Below, piece by piece: positions 11,401 to 21,600 of a stretch of 62,260 nt of DNA. The notes beneath the pieces are model-generated. The model saw nothing but the letters and a program-made list of their open reading frames with translations. It searched no databases and was not told the origin of the DNA. Source of the stretch: an uncultured Verrucomicrobiae bacterium (lineage in GTDB: Bacteria; Verrucomicrobiota; Verrucomicrobiia; Opitutales; JABDGR01); assembly GCA_963765205.1 (NCBI GenBank), contig CAVXVB010000012.1, forward strand, positions 1-62,260. Direction: 5' to 3'. Position 1 is the first letter of the stretch. Each line of letters begins with the position of its first letter. The position numbers were made by a program, and so were the translations under genes.

Positions 11401-14400
11401 CTAACGGTCCGGACTCCCAAGGCGTTATCTCCAATCCCCCCGGCTTGTTGGTGGTGGGTTACGATGGCAGCGGCACGCTTGACATCACCAACGGCGCGCT
11501 CGTGAACGCCACCGGCGGCGTGGTGCTGGCGGAAAACTCCAGCCTTTCCACCGGCAACGTGACCATCAGCCATGGCGGCATCCTGGCCACCGGCGGCGAA
11601 GATGGCCTCGCCGCGGGCAATGGCAACTACTCCTTCCTCCTGGCCGGCGGCACTCTTCGCGTCGTCGCCGCCGACCTCACCTCCTCGCTCAACATCACCA
11701 CCAGTTGCTTCAGTTTGACCGACAATTTTGACACCAACGGCTGGAACGCGACCCTCTCGGGCGTCATCAGCGGCACCGACAACATCCAAAAAATTGGCGC
11801 GGGCAACCTGACCCTTGCCGCCGCCGAAACCTACACCGGCGAGACGACGGTGCGCGAGGGCACGCTCATTGTGGACGGCGGCCTCGGTGGCTCCCTCTTG
11901 GAGAGCGGGAATCTGATTGTCGGGGACCATCATGGCGACAATGCCGGCTTCCTCCTTGCCAACGGCGCGACCGTTACAGTCAGCAATCTCATCATCGGCA
12001 ACCACGGCCATTCTTCCGGCAATGTCACGGTGGACGATTCAATTCTGGATGCGGTCAACCTCACGGTCGGCAATTATGGCGAGGGCAGCCTGACCGTCAC
12101 CAATGGCGGTGGCGTGGCGGCAACCGGCACCGATAGCTTTGGTTACGGGCTTGATCTGGGCGCCCAAACCTGGGGCAACGGCAGCGTGACCATCACCGAC
12201 GGGGCGACTTTGACGACCAGCACTGACCTTGCGGTGGGCTTGTCCGGCCAGGGCAACCTGACCATCTCCAACGGCGGCAATCTGTCTGATGGCGGCAACC
12301 TGGACATCGGCGTCAATGCCGGCTCGCAAGGAACGGTCACCGTCACCGACAACAACACCGTCCTCGGCATGGATAACGGAACAATTTACGTCGGTGACTA
12401 CGGCCAGGGCAGTTTGACGATCGCCAATGGCGCCACCTTATACACCAACGCGACCGTCTTCGGGATCGCCGCCTACATTGGTTATGGCAACACCAGCAAT
12501 GGCACCGTGACGGTGGATGGCGCGAACTCGACTTGGAACCTCCCCAGCGGCGAACTCGTGGTGGGCGAATCCGGCAATGGCGCCCTGACGGTTTCCAACG
12601 GCGGCGCGGTGAATGCCAGCAATGGCTTCAATTCCGATTTCGCCTTGTTGATCGGCGACCAGGCCTCCGGCACGGGCAACGTGACGGTGACTGGTGCCAA
12701 CTCCACCCTGACCATCGGCAATGTGACTAGCGGCGACGGCGCCGCCGTCGTCGGTGGGATCGGCACGGGGTACCTGACCGTCTCGAATGGCGGCAAAGTG
12801 TATTTGGATGGCAGCATCTCGGAAGGCGCTTCCCTGGTGGGCGAGAGCCTCGTCATCGGCGATAACGTGGACTCGAACGGCACGGTGACTGTGGATGGCT
12901 GGCACTCGGCTCTTAATGCAATTGGCGGCGTCGTCGTCGGCAACGATGGCACCGGCAGCTTGACTGTCTCCAACGGCGGACGGGTCTCGCTGGGCGCGGA
13001 TGAAAATGGCGATGCCCTTTCCATCGGCGAGAGCGGAGGTGGCTCCGGCACGGTGACGCTCAGTGGTTGGGGCGCGAAAATTAGCGCCAGCGGCAATGTG
13101 AACGTGACTAACGGCACCCTGGACATCGAAGGCGGCCACCTGGGTATCGTTAATGGCGGTCTTTATGTGGCCGACGGCGCCGGCAATGTCACCGTCACGC
13201 AAAACGGCGGCCAAGTTTATGTTGGCGGAGCACTTGAGGTTGGGCCAACCGCAAATGTTACCGGCACTTATGACCTGTCCGGTGGCAAGCTTATCGCCGG
13301 TGGGAACATCTACCTCGGGATCAACGGCGGCACCGGCGTGTTCACGCAGACCGGCGGCAAGGTCTTCGTCACCGGCGGTAACGATGTCTATGTGGGCTAC
13401 ACGGGCGCCACGGGTGTGTTGAATGTCAACGGCGGCCTGTTCGATTCCGGCGATAATGACGTGGTGGTGACGGTGGATGGCGCCGGCGCCGGCACCGTCA
13501 ACCTCAACAGCGGCACCCTCGCCACGCTTGGCCTCCTCAATGAGGGTGAGCCGAATGGTTCGCTGGCGGCCATCAATTTCAATGGCGGCGTCTTGCGCGC
13601 TAATGGCGACAATAGCGACTTCCTCTCCAACTTTGACGACGGAGAAGCGGTCGTCCGCTCCGGTGGCGCGTTCATTGACTCGAATGGCTACAATGTCACC
13701 ATCAATACCGACCTCGCCGGCACCGGCATGCTGACCAAGCTGGGCAACGGCACCCTGACGCTGACCGGCACCGATACCTACAAAGGCACCAACGTCAGCG
13801 GCGGCACGCTGATCATGGACGGCGGCGACAGCGGCGAAATCGTCCATTCTTCCGCGAACACCACGGTCGGCGTCAACAGCGGCGACAACGCGTCCCTCAT
13901 CATTCAGAATGGCGGCGCGATTCTCGACAATGTTGGCTCCATCGCCAACGCCCTTTGCTCGACCGGGACGGTGCTCGTGACCGACCAAGGCTCGTTCTGG
14001 CATAGTGCCGGTGACCTCGACGTGGGCGTCTTGGGCGCTGGCAGTTTGAGCATCGCAAATGGCGGGTTCGTCAGTAACGCCAACGGCGCCATCAGCGAAC
14101 TTGCCGGCGGCACCGGCAGCAGTTCCGTCTCCGTGGACGGCGCGGGTTCGCAATGGAAAAACGGCGGCTTGCTCACCGTCGCCGAAAACTACGCCGGCAC
14201 GCTGACCATCACCAACGGCGGCCTCGTCAGCAGCGCCGCCGGTGATGTGGCCGCCAACTCCGGCGTCAATGGCAGCGTGACGGTGGACGGCGAAGGCTCG
14301 GAGTGGATTATCAATTCCACCCTTCTGGTGGGTGACGCGGGCAACGGCAACCTGACCCTTTCCAACGGCGGCGAAGTCAGTCAAAAGACGGGTGGCGGCG

Positions 14401-17400
14401 GCGCCATCATCGGCAACGCGACTGGCTCGACCGGCGCCGTGCTCGTCACGGACACGGACATCAACGGCGACCCCTCGACTTGGAATGTGGGCGGTAACTT
14501 GACGGTCGGCCTGGATGGCACCGCCAGCCTGACGATTGTCAATGGCGCGCTCGTCAAGGCGGGCTTGGTCGAACTGGCGGAGAATGGCGACGCCACCGCC
14601 ACGCTCGAACTGGACTCGCAAGGCGAACTGAGTGCGGATCAGCTGGTTTTGGGCGCGGGCAACCTCGCGAGCTTCACCTTTAATGGCGGCATTCTCCAGG
14701 CCCGCGAAAGCACCACGGACTTTATTTCCAACATCAGCGCCGTTACCCTCGGCGACTTGGGCGGGACGATTGACTCCCAAGGCTTCAATGTCACCGTCAA
14801 TTCCCTCTTGGCCGGCGATGGCAATCTGACCAAGGCGGGCACGGGCAACCTCACCCTGAGCGCGCCGAACACGTTCACAGGCCAAACCTTCATCAACGCA
14901 GGCACGCTGATTCTCACCAATTCGCTCGCCCTCCAAAACAGCACGCTCAACTACCTCCTTGGCGGCGGCCAGATCAACTTCAGCAACCTCACCAGCGCAA
15001 CCCTCGGCGGCTTGTCCGGCGACCGCGACCTCAATTTGTCCAACGCGGTTGGTGGCGCGCTCGCGCTCTCCGTGGGCAACAACAACGACGACACCACCTA
15101 CTCGGGCAACCTGACCGACACCACCCACCTCGGCGGCAACTTGACCAAAATCGGTTCGGGCTATCTCACGCTCAGTGGCGCCAGCACCTTCGCCGGCGGC
15201 ACCACCGTCGAGGACGGCTTCATCAACTTCGACTCCAATGCCTCCCTTGGCACGGGCAACATTTACCTCGCGGGCGGCGGCCTGCAATGGGCGACGAATA
15301 CCACGACGGATGTCTCGAACCGCCTCTTCCTCAATGAGGGCCGCGACTCCCTCGACACTAATGGCAACGACGTTTTGTTTGCGAACGGCCTGACTGGCAA
15401 TGGCAGCCTGGTCAAAACCGGCGCGGGCGACCTCGCCCTCAGTGGCAGTAACGTCTACACCGGCAACACGTATATCGAAGAAGGCCGACTGACGGTGGAC
15501 GGCGCGAACAACAATGCCACGCTGACCGGCAGCCCGAAGATCTTCGTCGGTTCGGGCGGCACGGACCCGACTCTCGCAGTCGTCAATGGCGGGTCCGTCT
15601 CGACTCATTTCCTTGATGTCGGTGCGAACGCCTTTGGCTTGGTGCTGGTGAATGGCACGAATTCGAGCCTGCTCACCGATGCGCTCGTCGTCGGCGAGGG
15701 CGCGTATGGCAAACTGGTGATTTCCGAGGGCGGCAATGTCTCCAGCGAGTATGGCGCCATCGGCCGGCATTCCAACGCCACGGTGGTTGTCGCCGGCGAA
15801 AATTCGACTTGGACCGATAGCGGGAAACTCGATGTGGGTCAGCACGGCAACGACGGCACCGTCATCGTGAAAGACAACGCCACGACCGACTTCAGCGGGC
15901 TGGTCGTCCTCGGCGACCACGGTCACAGCACCGGCACCTTGGACATCTCCTGCAATGCCACGGCCTCCGTCGGCGAGTTGGAGCTGGCGAACGGCTATTG
16001 CAGCAACGCCAGTGTCGGCATCAACAGCGGCGGCACGCTCGCGATCACCAACGGCGCCCTCTCCGCCGGCAACGGCGCCTACTGCTTCATGATCGGCAAC
16101 GGCACCCTTGAGGTTTCCGGCGTTGATCTCGAAACCAGCGTCAACTTCACGTTGAAAAGCAGCGACACCGCCATCGTGGACACCAACGGCGTGGACGCCA
16201 CCTTCGATGGCACCCTTTCCGGCGGTGGCCTGCTCCAGAAAACCGACAACGGCACTTTGAACCTGACCAACAACAACACCTACTCCGGCGGCACCAATGT
16301 CCTGGGCGGCACGCTGGCGGTGGACGGCGGCGCGATTAACCACGCCGGCGCCGACCTGTATGTCAACGCCGCCAACTTCACCGTGCAAAACGGCGGCTCG
16401 GCCACGGTCAACAACGCCACGTTCGATGGCGGCAACGCCTCCGGCCTTGTCACCGATGTCAACTCGACGCTCACTGCGCAGGTCCTGACCGTCGGCGGCA
16501 GCGGCGCCGCCAGCCTGACGATTGCCAACGGTGGCAATGTTTCCGTCACCGCCAGCGACACCAACGGCGTCGGCATGTATGTCGGTTACGGTGCAAACTC
16601 CACCGGCAATGTGACGGTCACTGATCCCGGTTCCTCGATGATCATTAATTCGCTCGTTCAATCGCAATTGAATGTGTCTCTCGGCGCGCTGGTGGTGGGC
16701 TACCAGGGTATGGGTAATTTGACGATTTCCAACGGCGGCTTGGCGAATCTCACGGGTGGCGACAACAATACGGTCGGCGCCTACATTGGCGACGACGCGT
16801 CCGGCCTCGCCGAAGTCACCGGCGCCGGCTCGAAACTCAGAGTCGAAAACACGCTGGTAATCGGCGAATCGGCCTTGGGCAACCTGACCGTGGACGGCGG
16901 CGGCACGGTTTCCAGCCATGGCACGGTGCTGGGCGACAGTGCGAATGGCACGGGCGACCTGCTCGTGACCGACAGCGGCTCGCACTTCGACGCCTACACG
17001 AACACGATGATCGTCGGCAACTCCGGCCTCGGCGCCCTGACCGTCACCAATGGCGGCGACCTCAAGAGCTTCGGCGCTGACAACTCGAGCATCTCCCTCT
17101 ATGTCGGTGACGGCGCGGGTTCCAACGGCACCGTGGATGTTTCCGGCGGCTACCTGCAACTCCGCGCCGGCGGCCTGGTGGTCGGCAATAGTGGCGCTGG
17201 CGCCCTCACGGTGGACGACGGCGGCTATGTGAGCATCGCGAGTGGCAATATCCTCGACCTGGCGGTCAATTCCAACTCCTCCGCCACGGTCAACCTCGAC
17301 AACGGCGGCACCCTCTCCGTCGGCGGCGTCAACGGCATCCAGGCTGGTGCCGGCGGCTATGCCTTCAACTTCGACGGCGGCACCCTCCAGGTGCGTGGCG

Positions 17401-18194
17401 CCGACTTGAGCACCAACGTCAATCTCTCGCTGGGGAACAGCACCACCTCAACCATCAATACCAATGGCTATAATGCCACCATCAACGGCACCGTGAGCGG
17501 CGCGGGCAATCTGGACAAGGCCGGCAACGGCACGCTCGCCCTCAACGCCAACAACACCTACACCGGTGCGACCAACGTCACCACCGGCAACTTGGTGGTC
17601 AATGGCCAGTCCGCTTCGAGCGTCAATGTGTTGAACGCCGGCGCGATCCTCGGCGGCAACGGCACCATCGGCGGCAACGTGGCGCTGACCAATGGTGGCG
17701 TCATTTCGCCCGGCATTGCCAACAGCGTCTCGGGCAACGTGGCCGGCGGCCTGGCCACTCTGACCGTCACCGGCAACGTGGCCTGGAATGTGACCGCGGG
17801 CACGATCCCCTGGCACCTGAGCGGCACGAACAACGCCGCCGACCTCTTGAATGTCCTCGGCAGCATCACCAACACGGGCTCGCCGACGGCCACCTTGTTG
17901 TTTGACTTCCAAGGCACCGGCTTCTTTGACGACCTTCCGGCCGACAGCACCTACACGCTCATCTCGGCCACCAACGACCTGGCCGACGCGGGCCTCAGCC
18001 TCGACCAGTTCGCGGCGACCAACGTTGCCGCGGGCACCTACGGCGCCACGGAACAGAGTTACTTCATCTGGGCCAACAACGGCACCGCGCTTGATTTCGT
18101 GGTCGTCCCCGAGCCGGGAACGTGGGGCCTCCTGGCGGGTGGCGCGATGCTCGCCCTGGCCGGCCTGCGCCGCCGGCGCAACGTCAAGGCCTGA
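5463..18194 (+). CDS. Giant beta-repeat surface protein, C-terminal segment with PEP-CTERM sorting signal
   Basis: Same repeats continue in the shifted frame from EPNSGDGSEL. C-terminus VVPEPGTWGLLAGGAMLALAGLRRRR = PEP motif, transmembrane helix, Arg cluster. Confidence 0.9.
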   Translation, partial: EPNSGDGSELHVFDDATAVGYNGNGTLTIANGGEAEIAGHDDNGISLYVGYGANATGNVTVTDVEPNSGDASQMFVSHGGLAVGYNGVGGLTIANGGEVNIEAYDNNHISLYDGYGVNSTGNVSVTGVEPVSGDASELNVFFGATVVGYNGAGNLNVTNGGSVYADGENSRDVTLYVGRESDGVGNVLIDGLGSNLDVENGTAVIGSYGAGYLTLTNGGSLTTNGTDGSGVTAYLGYHGGSLGSANISGTYGNTSTWTITNGSLVIGDHGEGDISVGYAGSLQSYGNNSGDGLVMGEHGGGNGTLTVDGQYAIASFDNTAIIGNWGTGTVNIDGSGDINLSGNDANNVAAYLGYQRYGTGTLDIVGIGVGGEPGINDSGLNVNNGALVVGYNGTGNLTVSNGGNLSALGTDGNVAVYFGYNSHGSGTGLITDQNTTFIANNGSVVVGNAGTGSLTIANGAVSTLSGFDINNTSLILGNEHGGGGNVTVTGANSTLLVGDGPQTGAGLLVIGNYGSGTLTVSNGGNVTQSGSDGLGNFSVVLGQNWCSNGTLAIDGSTNGTASSFNVSDYWDAIAVGENGTGGITITNGGILTSNGADQTYYEGLYLGVNAGATGTVSVDGSGGSSSLTLLNGGLAVGFSGHGTLNITNGGLVSVQAPDVNGFGVTLGYNTGSNGNVTVDGNGSVLDIEIPGSNTTTPGLGTSAGLLVIGENGTGSLTISDDGLVTALDGVLLADQTGSSGNLNIINGGTLEVGNIFNDGNGSYSVYMAGSTIRVVGSDLLADVNIWTGYSLTSYIDTNGFNATFSGNITGDDQLVKLGLGTLTFTGADTDEGTTVDAGTLVVDNGTLTHSDYDLVVAGQANSTANLTIQDGGVVTADDLLVGTHYQSDGTVVVDGANSTLTLNDNITLGGYRSQGSLTIQNGGTVTANDLLVGTHYQSNGTVVVDGANSTLTLNDNITLGGYRGQGSLTIQNGGAVTTDDLLVGSHYKSNGTVVVDGNASALGIYDTATIGGYRSRASLTIQNGGNVTVADDINNQFEVVVDARGRHSSAELAVTGMDSGNNSSQLTIENGGALVVGDEGHGLLTISNGGLVTADGEDSNGIGVYLGYDEHSFGKAIVSGAGAGVASELDETSGALVVGYNGTGSLAISNGGLVNVSSPTPNSLDVFLGYNTDSYGKMIVTDDNGGNQSQLSVTSGALVVGYNGTGNLSVENGGLVSLTSADSNNNTLYIGDNFGSTGTVNVDGVYDGVESNISSELDVNGGALVVGYDGNGTLNVTNGGFVDAEGGNNWSRGLLVGYSFCSTGSVTVDGSDAASGIDSQLTVSNGSAVFGYKGAGYLTVSNGGYVIAGGADDNDIGLYLGYHGSATGVANVTGYDGNGNSSELDVSNGALAIGYYGSGSLNVSNGGYVDAYGVGDNGVSVYLGDKRNSSGNLSIDGNSSELDVYDGALAVGYRGTGNVSITNGGDLYTDGTDKSGISAYLGDHGSATGAVTVDDSEWDVYRGALAVGYHGTGNLTIQNGGYLYTVGADDNGISAYLGYHGSATGTATVDNSEWDVENGALAVGYHGTGTLTIQNGGYVDAYGGDDNGIAAYLGYHGSSTGTVTVDNSEWDVENGALAVGFYGTGNLTIQDGGYLDTYGKDSSNVTAYIGYHGSSNSSVTVTGSYSGEEEYASEWDIENGSLVVGYNGAGTLAIANGGNVSAYGADESGYSILLGDNSCASIGAITVDGNGSVLDVGRPNTTILGGPIIRNGGLEVGYNGTGSLSITNGGAVNLYGVDDNGNAITLGYNTNAFGNVSVDGHGSVLNVGYNGHPIVTISTIYPVGGALDIGDNGTGNLSITNGGTVNVLGANSDFFPVDTGDYAGLAVILGDNTSATGNLTVSGWGSVLNVGEHIIAPLGPGIVPAIPFSRSGGLVVGNSGNGTLTINHHGTVNVFGVDENGNAVTLGYHGGANGNLTVDGWHSSLNINGTIVSEPTISVANGPDSQGVISNPPGLLVVGYDGSGTLDITNGALVNATGGVVLAENSSLSTGNVTISHGGILATGGEDGLAAGNGNYSFLLAGGTLRVVAADLTSSLNITTSCFSLTDNFDTNGWNATLSGVISGTDNIQKIGAGNLTLAAAETYTGETTVREGTLIVDGGLGGSLLESGNLIVGDHHGDNAGFLLANGATVTVSNLIIGNHGHSSGNVTVDDSILDAVNLTVGNYGEGSLTVTNGGGVAATGTDSFGYGLDLGAQTWGNGSVTITDGATLTTSTDLAVGLSGQGNLTISNGGNLSDGGNLDIGVNAGSQGTVTVTDNNTVLGMDNGTIYVGDYGQGSLTIANGATLYTNATVFGIAAYIGYGNTSNGTVTVDGANSTWNLPSGELVVGESGNGALTVSNGGAVNASNGFNSDFALLIGDQASGTGNVTVTGANSTLTIGNVTSGDGAAVVGGIGTGYLTVSNGGKVYLDGSISEGASLVGESLVIGDNVDSNGTVTVDGWHSALNAIGGVVVGNDGTGSLTVSNGGRVSLGADENGDALSIGESGGGSGTVTLSGWGAKISASGNVNVTNGTLDIEGGHLGIVNGGLYVADGAGNVTVTQNGGQVYVGGALEVGPTANVTGTYDLSGGKLIAGGNIYLGINGGTGVFTQTGGKVFVTGGNDVYVGYTGATGVLNVNGGLFDSGDNDVVVTVDGAGAGTVNLNSGTLATLGLLNEGEPNGSLAAINFNGGVLRANGDNSDFLSNFDDGEAVVRSGGAFIDSNGYNVTINTDLAGTGMLTKLGNGTLTLTGTDTYKGTNVSGGTLIMDGGDSGEIVHSSANTTVGVNSGDNASLIIQNGGAILDNVGSIANALCSTGTVLVTDQGSFWHSAGDLDVGVLGAGSLSIANGGFVSNANGAISELAGGTGSSSVSVDGAGSQWKNGGLLTVAENYAGTLTITNGGLVSSAAGDVAANSGVNGSVTVDGEGSEWIINSTLLVGDAGNGNLTLSNGGEVSQKTGGGGAIIGNATGSTGAVLVTDTDINGDPSTWNVGGNLTVGLDGTASLTIVNGALVKAGLVELAENGDATATLELDSQGELSADQLVLGAGNLASFTFNGGILQARESTTDFISNISAVTLGDLGGTIDSQGFNVTVNSLLAGDGNLTKAGTGNLTLSAPNTFTGQTFINAGTLILTNSLALQNSTLNYLLGGGQINFSNLTSATLGGLSGDRDLNLSNAVGGALALSVGNNNDDTTYSGNLTDTTHLGGNLTKIGSGYLTLSGASTFAGGTTVEDGFINFDSNASLGTGNIYLAGGGLQWATNTTTDVSNRLFLNEGRDSLDTNGNDVLFANGLTGNGSLVKTGAGDLALSGSNVYTGNTYIEEGRLTVDGANNNATLTGSPKIFVGSGGTDPTLAVVNGGSVSTHFLDVGANAFGLVLVNGTNSSLLTDALVVGEGAYGKLVISEGGNVSSEYGAIGRHSNATVVVAGENSTWTDSGKLDVGQHGNDGTVIVKDNATTDFSGLVVLGDHGHSTGTLDISCNATASVGELELANGYCSNASVGINSGGTLAITNGALSAGNGAYCFMIGNGTLEVSGVDLETSVNFTLKSSDTAIVDTNGVDATFDGTLSGGGLLQKTDNGTLNLTNNNTYSGGTNVLGGTLAVDGGAINHAGADLYVNAANFTVQNGGSATVNNATFDGGNASGLVTDVNSTLTAQVLTVGGSGAASLTIANGGNVSVTASDTNGVGMYVGYGANSTGNVTVTDPGSSMIINSLVQSQLNVSLGALVVGYQGMGNLTISNGGLANLTGGDNNTVGAYIGDDASGLAEVTGAGSKLRVENTLVIGESALGNLTVDGGGTVSSHGTVLGDSANGTGDLLVTDSGSHFDAYTNTMIVGNSGLGALTVTNGGDLKSFGADNSSISLYVGDGAGSNGTVDVSGGYLQLRAGGLVVGNSGAGALTVDDGGYVSIASGNILDLAVNSNSSATVNLDNGGTLSVGGVNGIQAGAGGYAFNFDGGTLQVRGADLSTNVNLSLGNSTTSTINTNGYNATINGTVSGAGNLDKAGNGTLALNANNTYTGATNVTTGNLVVNGQSASSVNVLNAGAILGGNGTIGGNVALTNGGVISPGIANSVSGNVAGGLATLTVTGNVAWNVTAGTIPWHLSGTNNAADLLNVLGSITNTGSPTATLLFDFQGTGFFDDLPADSTYTLISATNDLADAGLSLDQFAATNVAAGTYGATEQSYFIWANNGTALDFVVVPEPGTWGLLAGGAMLALAGLRRRRNVKA
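8058..8540 (+). repeat. Intragenic tandem repeat, 153-bp (51-aa) unit, about 3 copies
   Basis: CTGACCAT(T/C)CA recurs at 8058, 8211, 8364, 8517; peptide GTHYQSxGTVVVDGANSTLTLNDNITLGGYRxQGSLTIQNGG. Confidence 0.9.
9890..10430 (+). repeat. Intragenic tandem repeat, 168-bp (56-aa) unit, about 3 copies
   Basis: SEWDV codons at 9948, 10116, 10284; peptide YLGYHGSxTGTxTVDNSEWDVENGALAVGYHGTG. Confidence 0.85.
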
Positions 18195-18628
18195 GCGGGT
18201 CGGATGCGGCGTCCTGATTGCGGCGACTCCCACCCAGAGTGGACTGGGCGGCAATTTCCTTACGCCACCTTCTGGGCGATGGTCTCCTCCAGAATCTCGC
18301 CCACCGTCAATGGGATGATCACCTTCCCGCTCCGCTTGTGAAAGTGGCTGCATGCCCCTCGACAATTGCCCACACACTGCGTGGGTAACCGGGCCAATGC
18401 TGGCGCAATGAGCGCGGTAATTGTAGCAGAGCAAAATTCGCCAACGATATAGGCTTCTGCCATTAATGCTTCGATTTGTCTCTGCTTCATGCGCGTAGAT
18501 CGGGAATATAAGGACATGACCCTAGAGGAAATGAATTGCTAATCAAAGACTTTACATCGTGTCTATTAGCTCAATATTGGCGAATGCTTAAATAATTCGC
18601 ATGACTTGCAATTAACACTAATAAATCT

Positions 18629-21600
18629 ATGATAGCCCTCCATTCTTACCGGCCAATTTTAGCCGTTTTCGCCATTGGCATTTTTACTTTGACGGTACAG
18701 ACCGTGCGTGGGCAAGGGTATCGTGCAAATTCGAAGCCCAGTGCGGATAGTCAGTCCAGCAGCGTGGACTTGAGCCAAGACAAAGTTGGGGCGGTTTCTG
18801 TTTCAATGACCGCGATTCGGTGGGATGAGGTGGCGAGTCAGATGAAGGCAGACATTGTCCCGCTCACCCCCAAAGACGCCTTTCAACAGGTGCAGGGCCT
18901 CTCAGGTCTCTCATCAGCCTCCGAGATCAATATCTCCTCCCTTTTGGTTTCGCTAGGTTATAAGTTGGGGGTGGCTTCATCCACTTCTGGCAACAACACT
19001 GCGTCCACCAGTGGAAACCAGACGCCCGCTGGCCCGGTTGCGCTGCCCGAATTTACCGGGAATCTAACTATGGACCTGCGGTTAAACTACGAGGAGGCAA
19101 CAGCGCTAATGCAGTGGCTCACTGCCCTTAACCAGAGAATTCAGTATGCAAATGCAAACGGCTATAGCGCATACTTGGTTAATCTAAACCTGGACTTGGC
19201 CGTGTACAAATCCAATGCGCCAGTCAATGTGTTTACCACCTTAACTTTTTTCTCCTACGATGAAAACAACCCTAAGAAATTGAATGAAAAACAACCCATC
19301 GTAATTCCGATTCTCGCTACGGATGACTTGGAGGAATTTCGGGTTAATAATGTGGCCCAACAACTTCAAAATCGCGAGCTGGACCTGGCTGGAGCATTCC
19401 ATCTTTTCAATGGGGCAGTCAGCGCGTCAAATAGCAATAACGGATCTCGGAATTTTGCTGGTGATCAATTTAATTCACTGAATACATCGGCCCCTTTTGC
19501 ACAAAACGGTTACCTCATACGTTTTGGGGCTCGGCAGACCACTAATGGTCTCGGACTTGTGCCGCAATCCCAACTTGTGCCAATAGTGGTGCTGGTGCCT
19601 TCCCATGACAATTCGAGCAGTGAGAAAACGATGGTTCCTCCCGACATCCGATGGGTCAGTTACACTGTCATGCGGGACGCTTTTACAGGTACGGTATTAC
19701 CGCAATTAACTCGGGCGAATCGCCTCGACACTGTAAGTGTTGATTTGCGTGGATTTTATGATCCAGACAAATCGACAGATTCTCCAATCGAGAAGCTTGC
19801 TAAGGATATCGTCGACCAATTAGTTGCGCCTTTTACGCCTGAAACGCCCAGCGAAAATCCCAAATCCATAAAGAATACGCTACTGAATGATGTAAGAGAC
19901 ACGAACGTAACAGATTTCTATTCCGTATTGCGAAAGTTAGATGCGGAAAACGGGAATTTATCGATCACGGTCGAACGTGACGATCTCGGCAACGTCAAGT
20001 TTAGTGAAAACCACGGTGATAAGACTAATTATGCAGACCCCGAGGTCGCCCAGCGAATCTGGACTACACTTGCCGGAGATATTTTTGAAAATGCCAAGTT
20101 CAACAGTGGAAATCTGACAATATTGGAGGAGCCAACACCGGAGCTGCCAATTAAGCAAGCGTTGATTTTGACGGACGACGGCAAATCCACGACCACCACC
20201 ATCGCCGGGGGTGATTTTCTTTCCGCACATCGCTTGATGGCGAAATTGACATTGAATAATACACCGAAATTGACTCTTGATGGCCGTGGTGTTTTCCCCG
20301 CTACAAAGGACGAAAGCGAACACGATGGCGCCCCGGCCCCAGGCGCGAGTGTCCTTTCAGGCCTGCATCCGAAAATCGCTTCCGGCACGACTTGGACTTT
20401 GGATGGCCCCATTGAGTTAGATAACGTAACAGTAGCAATTCCACTTCAAGCTGGCGCAGGATTTTTTCTTGATAAAAGGATTCCACTTCCATTGACGTTA
20501 GGCAATGGGAATATAACGGTGACCGGCAATCTCACTCTAAATGTGGATAAAGATGCATCTGCTCAATACGCGAATGGTACTTACCCGTTAGAAAATGGCA
20601 CGTATCCATTATCCATCACTGGCAACTTTAAAATTACAGGAATGCAGGGCTTATCACCATTGTCCGGCCCGAATTCATCCGCGATAAATTTAGTCCCGCC
20701 AACAGATGCCATTGCGGTCAAGGGTGATATTGCAATAACCGTAAACAACGGCCAAGTATACGCCAAACAGGCCGAAATTCCAATAAAGGCAATTACGTTT
20801 GATTGGCATAATGCCACTACTGCTTCCGCTGACCAACCTCCGCCTGCGCCCGTTCAGCCTCCGCCTGCCGCTGCCCAGCCTGCTCCAGTAACACCTAAAC
20901 TAAGTCTGGATGGACAACTTAAATTGGACATAGCTGGTATGCTTCCTGCGACAGACAAGCCAACACCACCAAAGGACCTTACTGTGAATGCCACGCTTGC
21001 CTTGAACGCGGAAGCAACCTTTCCTATAAATGGCAACGATCAGGTTAAGAGTGATTACTACACTTTTCTGGCGCAGAGTGTCACAACTTCCGCTGATGGC
21101 CATAATGTAACTTTAACTTTCCCCTCATTGAAGAACCTCGGTATCGGCAAAGCGGGCGCGGCCCTAAGCTCAAAAACTGGTGCGGACGCATCAGGGGGCG
21201 CCGATGACGGTAGCACCATCGTACAACTTCCTTCGTCAGATTTGACACTCACCGACACCGAATTTTATGTCAGTACACTGACCCCGCCTGTTGGGCAGAA
21301 GGAAGAAAGCGAATACGGTCCATTGTTTCTTTCCACGCCGAGTGAAAAATCATTGCAACCCTCCCAAGGTAGCGAGGCGATTAAACTCAAGGTGAGCACG
21401 CCAATCATGCTGGTGAATTCAAGCGGCAACGGAACATTAAATGTTTGGGTTGCAATGAATGCGGCCACCTCGGCGAATCTGGCTTTTAATGCGACGCTGA
21501 ACCCGAAAAATACTTATTACCTGAATGTTGCAGGTGCAGATGTCGACCTGGCACCATCAAGTTCTAGCAACGTGACGGCGAATGGGGCGTTTAATACTGG

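Noticed and set aside
1454..17159. Very long minus-strand ORFs (831, 1131, 575, 1573 aa) opposite the giant gene
   Set aside because: Antisense shadows caused by biased codon usage of the repetitive sense gene; no motifs of their own.
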